NCBI GenBank assembly: GCA_951406725.2
Contig: OX597833.1
Span: 7,874,001-7,938,000 of the forward strand
Source: Octopus vulgaris
Lineage: Eukaryota
DNA: 64,000 bases
Reading direction: 5' to 3'
The position numbers were made by a program, and so were the translations under genes. Shown here piece after piece: positions 56,213 through 64,000 of the stretch (within the stretch, counting starts at the first letter, position 1; each line of letters opens with the position of its first letter). The notes under the pieces are model-generated. The model searched no databases. It was given only the letters and a program-made list of their open reading frames with translations, and was not told the DNA's origin.

Positions 56213-56932
56213 GTAAGTTGAATTGGCGGTACTTCCGGTTTAAGGTCAATTTTACAGGTGAGTACTGATGTGTATGTGTTAATGTGTGTATGTGTGTATG
56301 TGTGTGTGTGTGTAGATACGGGGTGTGTTTGGGAGGGAAGTATCTTAGTTCGTGGGCGATCGCTGAATGTATTCGTTGGTGTATTATGTGGAAGGACATT
56401 CCGGTTTCTGATGGCACTTCCAGTTACAATCAGTTTCTCTGGTATATGCAGTTGTGTGTGAATATCTTCCTCCTCCTCCTCCTCATCATCATCATTTAAC
56501 GTCCGTTTTCCATGTTGGCATGGATTGAGCTGTTTGACAGGAGCTGCCCGGGCTCAATGCATCGTATCCTATGGCTAGACGCCCTTCCTAACGCCAACCA
56601 CTTTACAGAGCGTGCTGGGTACCTTTCACGTGCCACCGGCACGGGCGCGTTTTACGTGGCACCGGCACATCTAAAAGTGACGCCTGTCTGTGAGGATGGC
56701 CACGATTTTACTTGGCTCGATGTGTCTTAAGCATTGGTGATTTTAAGTCGGTGTATAAGCATGTGTAGAATGGAGACATTCTTGTCACGACCATCCCATC
56801 GAACCTCCATCTTTAGTGTCCTTCCACTTTTAAGACGTTAGGATATGATTTGGAAGATATTTTGCTCTTATTTCCAGTATGGCTATTGACCACGCAACAA
56901 CTGGGTTTTTTTTGGCTCGTTGAAGTAGTAGT

Positions 56933-57020
<88 letters not shown>

Positions 57021-58942
57021 ATCGTGGTGGTGGTGGTGGTGGTGGTGGTGGTGGTGGTGGTGGTGGTGGAGGTGGTTGATATTGTAATTGTTGTACTTGT
57101 GTTTGGCATTGTTGTTGTTCTCGTTGCTATTTTTATGCAATTTTTAATGTTGTTGCTTTTCTTGTTGATAACGTAGTTGCTCCTGCTGCTGTTGTTGTTG
57201 TTGTTGTTGTTGTTGCTATCTTCATATATATATAAACCCCTGCCTTACATAAAAACCTTCAGCGATTCTTTCCTGTCTGAGTTCTGATCAAGCCGGGAGG
57301 ATGGGAGAATGGGAGCGTTGTATATCGAAGTGGTAAATATATCGATCTCTGCTGGTCATGTGACTAAGTGGTTCTCGTTAATGTCGCCATTTGTCCACAT
57401 TAACCAACATTCAACAAAGTCCCGCTTCTTTTATTCTTGCTTTTTTTTCTCTCTTTTCTTCTTCTATTTTTATTTATATTTCATTCATATTTTTTGCTTT
57501 GTTTTATTTGCTTTTCGTCCTCCACAATTGGATGAAAAAGAAATACAATTTTTTCCTGTTGCTCTTTTGAAAGGAATTCTGTTTATCAGATATCGATTCC
57601 CAGTGAAAGGTTCCGACACCCACCACCACCGCCGCCACCACCGCCACCTTCATTAGGGGTAGCACCACCACCAACACTACCATCATCATCATCATCATTA
57701 TCATCATTAGTATTGCGTAATCCTATAAATTGCTGATTCCCTTGGCCCCACCCCACCCCCACACTCCTTTCCCAATACTTTATCCCCTCCATCTTGTTGT
57801 TGTTGTTGTTGCTGCTGCAGTTGTTTAGCCCAAGGTCAAATCTGACCGAACAGACCTATGACCAGAGCTTTCCAGACCGTGACCATCCAGTCTCTATAAC
57901 GTTATACATGAATATATCATCGCCATTGTCTCGGAAATTTGGCAAATGGAAACTACGAAAGCCCATAGGGATGACTTTTACTGTTGTTGTATGGTAGACT
58001 TAATGCATCACATCGTTTAACATTCACCACCTGGTCTTTAAGTATTTTGGCAGAATTCATTCTGTGGTAAGCATTGGCGCCAACTCTCTGGTTTGAGGTT
58101 AACTAAATCCCTCCTCCCCCTGTTTTGGAGTCCGCTTTGAAAATGGCTGCTGTCACTGCTCTTCATCTTTTGACATTTTTATTGCTTGGTCAGGGCCTAC
58201 AAAAAATGGTGGAAACAAGAGAGAGAGAGAGAGCGGTCCCGTAAAACTGAAGACTTAGTCTGAATGCTTGCAACAGAGTGAGCACAGCTAAAAATACCCG
58301 AGATACCGAGGTACACAAGGTATTCGAGGTACCAAGTGCTGGTTTTAAACCGGGCGACTGACTAAGTCTGTCACCCAAGTAAACTATGGCGGGATTTGAA
58401 CTCAGAACGCCACGAACCGAGACAAACAGAGCTATAGCAATTCTGCCTGGCCACCCCCTGTATTTTATTTATCGACCCACAGAAGGCTGAAAGGCAAAAT
58501 TGACTGTGACAGGATTCGAACGCGGAACCCGAACGAAAACCAAGCGAGGCTAACAAAGTATTTCATCTGACGCAGCAATGAATTAGCCTCATTGAAAAAG
58601 TACAGGGTATGGTAAGCTGGGTGGCACAATGGCACAATGGCACAGTCTTCTAATATTCTTAATTCCAGTGGTTGGTTCTGCTGCCAGAAATGCCGACAAA
58701 ATCCCAATCCGATCCAGAGATGGAGAAAGAAGGAAATTTTTTTTTTCTTTTGTTATCCATATTATTGCAATATGGATACCTTCAACATCAGACTGGTTCA
58801 CGTTTGGATAGATTCGGCGATTGTATATCGCATGAAGGGTTTCAGATTAATGCGTGTGGGGTGAGCGAGTGGGGGTGAGTGGGTGAGTGTGTGCGTGTGT
58901 GGGTTTGGGTTTTGGATGGGAGGGTGCTTGGGTGAAGGAGTG

Positions 58943-58973
<31 letters not shown>

Positions 58974-58981
58974 GTGCGTGC

Positions 58982-59047
<66 letters not shown>

Positions 59048-59399
59048 AGAGAGGCTGTTAATGTTCTTTCTACTTTCTTTACGAAACTCTCTTCGGAAGA
59101 GAATTAAAACAACAAAAAGCTGTCAGTGTAATCTTTCTTTCTAAACCTAAACCACCGACAACTTGTTGTTAAGAAGCTTAGACAGGATTAATTCTCTGGA
59201 CGTCGCGGATTTGTCTAACATTGCACTGGTGTGTATATAACATTGTAGTGATGTGTAATACTGCACTAATGTGTGTATAAGATTGCATTAGTGGTAACAT
59301 ATGTGTGTGTGTGTGCATGTATGTGTTTGTGTGTATATACTTGATTATATGTATGTATATATTATCTATCTATCTGTCTGTCTGTCTGTCTATATATTA

Positions 59400-59820
59400 G
59401 GAGTGTCTCCCTTAAAATCTCTAAACTATCTGCTAATGAAAAAATATCTAAACAAAACGAGAAATACTATAAATTCGCCTTGGCTGAAGCTGGTTGTTAG
59501 GGGGAAAAAACTTTGTGTTCCTAATGATGCGATTAAAGACACTCATAAGAATATAGAGAAGGAACGGAATTATGAATAACGATAGCGATCACCATGACAA
59601 TGACGATAAAAGACTAAGGTAAACTTTAACAAGGAGAGAAATAGGATGAGCCCTATTGAAATTAGAAAGGATGAAAGAAAGAAGAAGTGTAAGTGGGAAC
59701 GAACTATGATTAATGGAAGGAGGGATATGAAAAGCGGGAATAGCAGTTTGAGCCCCGAGGGTAGAATTAATGTTAATAAAACCTTTAGAATATCTAAGCA
59801 ACCTATGAATTTTAATAGGG

Positions 59821-59897
<77 letters not shown>

Positions 59898-60580
59898 ATT
59901 GATAATAGTAACAGTAACGATGGTAGCAATGATGTGGATAGTAATAGAGATGATAATGGTGGTTCTTATAAAAGGATTTTAAATATTGTAATGAAAATAA
60001 AAATAATATAACTCGAATTAAGAGTGCAAATATGGCTCCCCTAGCATATTTACTAATAACTATATTAATGGGAATATGTTAAGAAATAGTAACTATAATA
60101 ATAATCCTAGAAAACGGGGGGCCTGCTGGAGATAGATTACAGGGTTTAATGCCACATAAGGAGCACAAATAGCCACTAATATACCAGGAATGTTTTCACG
60201 ACTCTGGACAAGCATTTCCCACCACTAAGTAAGTATAGTATGCTATTTAACAGACATACGGTTAAATTTACCAATTCAACTACGAAAACCTTTGCCGAAA
60301 TTACAGTAGCACGTAATATAAGGAAGTTAATGGTCAAATGAATTTAGCCAACCCATTTAATAACAGTAATAGGGATAATAGCAGAAGTAATAATGATATT
60401 GTAGTAAAAATATTAATAGCACTGGAAACAGTAAAGATGATAATTATAATAATTGATGGTAATGATAGTTGTAGAAATGAGTATAACAGTAGGAAAAATA
60501 ATATTAGGAAAATACTATCAGAAAACTACCAAGGGTTACACACAATGACTCTGTACATTGCACGTGTCGTTCACAAAGGT
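59400..60580 (+). mobile_element. Decayed Penelope-like retroelement ORF fragment (RT thumb/linker region, Naiad-like)
   Basis: Collinear broken peptides: LKISKLSANEKISKQNEKYYKFALAEAG (59411-59494), ITGFNAT*GAQIATNI, TLDKHFPTT, MLFNRHTVKFTNSTTKTFAEITVARNIRKL (about 60135-60330), CTCR (60559-60570). These resemble PLE motifs as I recall them (LSSNEEIF..YYQxAL..SGY, IIWFNPPYS..V.TNIG, DKHFP, KIFNRNTVKLSYS, CNCR). Stops and frameshifts are present. Confidence 0.7.
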
Positions 60581-60756
60581 TTATTAATGGAAGAATATAA
60601 GGATAAGCATTATCTTCAAACTTTGGTCGAGATCCCACCAAAAAATCAGGATCGGTTTCCCAGCTGATGATAGAAAACGAACAACTCCCAGTCCTGGAAA
60701 TCGGAGCCTTTCAGTAATAATAATAATAATGTGTGTGTGTGTGTGTGTGTGTTAGA

Positions 60757-60807
60757 TGAGGTGCTGACGAAAGGACAATAATAATTGAAATATTCATGTA
60801 CACCCAT
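60757..60807 (+). ncRNA. Type I hammerhead motif just downstream of the PLE remnant
   Basis: AUGaGGUG-CUGACGA-aaggacaauaauaauu-GAA-AUAUucAUGU-A-CACCCAU. Helices I and III pair, helix II is weak. Confidence 0.6.
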
Positions 60808-61111
60808 TACCTACATTTTTTTTTATCTTCGATCGCATGGTTTACATAGACGTATTTGTTTTCGAAATGTCCAACAGTGTTGGGTCTGAATTCTATAAAA
60901 AAATTCTAATTAAATTATAGCGCTGTTAATATACAGTTAAACACAGTATTGACTTGTAAACTTATGATATACTTAGCAGTATATCATAGTTACAAAACGA
61001 AATACTGTTGCCTTACCCACAGTTAAATACATATATTTATATTTATAACATCTGGCTAATAACCTTATAACGTGTTTTCTGAATCTCTTCTACAGATACT
61101 TTCAAAGACAC

Positions 61112-61232
61112 TCACCTGATGATGTACTGGTATACAGCTATTACTGGATCATATTGATATAATACTATGTATAATATGTGAAACACTTAGCAATTAACAG
61201 CTGATGACAAAGCATGGAAACAATTGTAGTGA
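61112..61232 (+). ncRNA. Tandem/nested hammerhead cores
   Basis: CTGATGA at 61116 and 61201, and GAA-ACAATTGT-A at 61217-61228 with palindromic helix III. The 3' flank GTGA pairs with TCAC preceding the first core. CA/TG mini stem II follows the second core. Confidence 0.5.
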
Positions 61233-61319
61233 TTTGGGTTAAAGCTTATTCATTCTACCGTTTTTTATTATATGTTTTTTATTCATATTTTCCCATGTTT
61301 TACGTCTTTTCTTGTCAAG

Positions 61320-61462
61320 GTTATCAACAAACAGAGGCTACTACACATCACACCTCTATATAAACAATATCTCACAGTCAGACGCTGGCAGATTCACCTG
61401 TCGTGCCACTGGTCATCGTAAGAAGATTCTAGAGGAAGAGCACTTTTATCTGAATGTATACC
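61320..61462 (+). CDS. Coding exon 3: second half of Ig domain 1; gene continues beyond the window
   Basis: Long T-rich tract plus AAG acceptor. The phase-2 join restores Arg, then LSTNRGYYTSHLYINNISQSDAGRFTCRATGHRKKILEEEHFYLNVY, with the I-set L-x-I...D-x-G-x-F/Y-x-C motif. Donor GTGAGT at 61463, phase 1. Confidence 0.9.
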
Positions 61463-61584
61463 GTGAGTATAGACACTGTTTATTTCTTTTGTGTGGTTCA
61501 ATTCACTTTTAAGTGTTTGGAATCTTAATGAAGAGAAATCATTGCTTTCTGTCCACGGAGACATAAAACATCTGTCAGCATTTA

Positions 61585-62320
61585 CAGGGTGTCCAGGCTA
61601 AATCTGGCAGTTTGCATAAAACGAAAAGAAAGCACAATATTCCATCCAAAAATAAAACTATTTTAAATAATCAAAAAGAATCGATTGGATTATTGCTGGT
61701 GGGAGGGGGATAACTGTTTGCTGAAAGGTGCCGCCTTTAGCCTCCCCCGTAGCCTCAAACAGCTCCAGAAGGAACCTGGTGAAGGCGTTCCTCACTGTGT
61801 CCCTGAGAACACCTCCTTGATCTTGGCCACCGGCTCGGCCTTGGTATTTGCAGGCAGAGCAGTTGGTGTCTTTCTCAATCATGGCCCACGCAAAGTAATC
61901 CAAGGAATTACATTTGGGAGAATTTAAAAGACAGAAATTGGGGTTGATGGAGTCGTACAAATTGTCAGACAACCACTTCTGACTCTTTCTGGAGATATAG
62001 CAAGGAGCCGTATCCCGCTCCCACACACATGGCATTCAAGCAGCAATCCCTTCTAGCCAGGGATTGACCACAGTCTCCACAGCTTCATATGGTCACCTGA
62101 ATTTAGCCTCAGGCTCTGTTCAATGCTGTGAGAGAAGCATGACGTCACCGTCAGAACGCCTGCTGCGTCCCTTCCTGCTGTGTCCCTTCCTGCTGCTGGC
62201 CATGGCTTTACAGTCATCGTTGCAGCTGCTTACGTCACATCTTACAACCTCTACAGTGTTCAAAGAGATTTCAGCTGCAGCCATGATGTCGGCATTTTGA
62301 TACGCGGCACGAATCACCAT
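61585..62320 (-). mobile_element. Decayed maT/DD37D-like Tc1/mariner element
   Basis: TA|CAGGGTGTCC terminus and peptide WERDTAPCYISRKSQKWL..NSPKCNSLDYFAW. Confidence 0.7.
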
Positions 62321-64000
62321 GATACAGGCAACTCTTTTTTCCCTATATTCTAATACCTTCCAGTCCTCCACGTCGGCCAACTACAACTTCAATCTTTATG
62401 ACAACTCACCAATACTTCCAACTGTTCCTGAAAAAAGGGAGACATAAAAACTCATCAAAATATAATCACATCAAACGGAATTATATATCAGAACGAAGTT
62501 TAAACTGTGATTATTAATTTATTCATTTATTACGTTACAGATCAAGTGGTAAGTATGCTATCCTACCAACTGACGGATCAATGGATCGTACCTCGCCACC
62601 TGCATCGCTCCTTTTCTTTTTCCTTTCTTTCTTTCTTCCTCTGTCTGTCTGTATGTACATATGTCTCTCTCCCTCTCTTTCCTTCTCCCATGTTCACCCC
62701 CTTTCTCCACTTAACTCGATCGCTTTGACCATAGCAGCAGTGGCTCAGTCTACTCAGCTGTAAGTCGGTACTATGTACAATGTTATTTACTGCCCATTGT
62801 TATTTACTGAGCGACAACCGACGATAGAGGTTTTATGCAGAAGCTCAGTTCGCTAGAAACAGAAGGTAAACATCCCTCCAATCACACATACAGCAGTTCC
62901 ACAGAAAGAAGGATATAATGATTAACAGTAGTCTTGAATATACAAAACTACGGGATCGTCATGGCTGGAACACTTTAATGATAAATATTTGGTGTCGTGT
63001 AGTGGAATTGAACCCTAAACTTTGTGGTTAAGAAACAAAGGTCTTAACTACACAAATCTCCCTGTACCTGTAATTACTTTGGGATGGAAACTTGAACCAA
63101 GTAAATACAGGGAAATGTTCGGGTAACAATTTCCGATGCTTAGATCGAGCTGCAGTTGACGCCGTCGACAACGCCCTCTGGTGCCAAAAATACTGGCTCT
63201 GCGTGTCAACCGGATGTAAACCATTCATCTTTGAAGTTATTATGGCGGCTCGAACGATAAATACGACTTATGTAGAAAAGTGTTGCTGTCACGGCCATCT
63301 TGTCTTTTATTCAGACAAAGTGTATCTAGGACAACAATGCCGGATGTGTGCCTCTTTGCTGTTCTTGTTCTTGTTGTTTAACTCTCGGTCAGCTCGGATC
63401 AAGTGAACCTAAGATCAGTGGCATTCTAGCCAGGCCCATTCTGTTTTTGATTCAGATACATCACAAGACAGTAGCATGTGATTCGTGGACGATGCTACTT
63501 CTATTTCTAGCATATCAAACGAACTTATAAAGGCTCTGTCTTTGACTTAGAATATTTACTTCTTACGATGATGCTGAATCGATTCTGAAAGCCAACAGTT
63601 CAATAAGTCAACAAGAAACCTGCTCCTGATTCCAGTACGTGGTCAACACAGTGACCACGTGATGGACATATTTTCGCCAGTTCTAATTACTGAATTCTCT
63701 CTTTGTCCAGTTTAATGTCCACTTTCAGCTTTTTACTTTCCCTTTACAATTCATTTAGTGGAGGGAAAAATCAATAATTGATCTCGCTAACTGATTAGTG
63801 ACCGATCAGCTGACTTATTTCTTCTTTGGGATTCTTAATCTCGTGGTATCGATCACCAAATTGAATTGAATAGTAAATCTACCCCGGCTCACTTCACTGG
63901 GTAATTCTATTTTCACCAAACTCTGTCTTCGTTCAAATTCCATTCACACCCGAATCCCACCCTCACCATGTCAGGGTCTCAATTATCGATATATTTTTTT

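Noticed and set aside
59646-60011. Asn-rich ORF as a host gene
   Set aside because: It lies between collinear PLE motifs and is dominated by (AAT)n.
63028-63406. Cys-rich ORF as the next exon of the Ig gene
   Set aside because: No Ig motif and no convincing phase-1 acceptor.

Overview
AT-rich, microsatellite-saturated animal genomic DNA. The SINE families and repeat style look like octopus/cephalopod (inference). One protein-coding gene is supported on the + strand: a signal-peptide exon (36067-36142) and two phase-compatible exons (56050-56212, 61320-61462) that splice into a complete N-terminal Ig domain. It is probably an NCAM/Fasciclin-II/apCAM-like cell-adhesion molecule and continues beyond the window. 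Nearly all ORF-track ORFs are microsatellite artefacts. The rest is tRNA-derived SINEs, Tc1/mariner, piggyBac and hAT MITEs, an R4/Dong-type and an RTE-type LINE 3' end, and a decayed Penelope-like element (PLE). The main hidden signal is about a dozen type I hammerhead ribozyme motifs from several unrelated sequence families. Most sit in short cassettes inside (TA)n arrays, many as fold-back palindromes. They include a solo ~57-bp ribozyme insert, a perfect 132-bp two-ribozyme palindrome, core variants (G3-C8 swap, U4C) and forms with very long stem II. All structures were read by eye and no activity is demonstrated.
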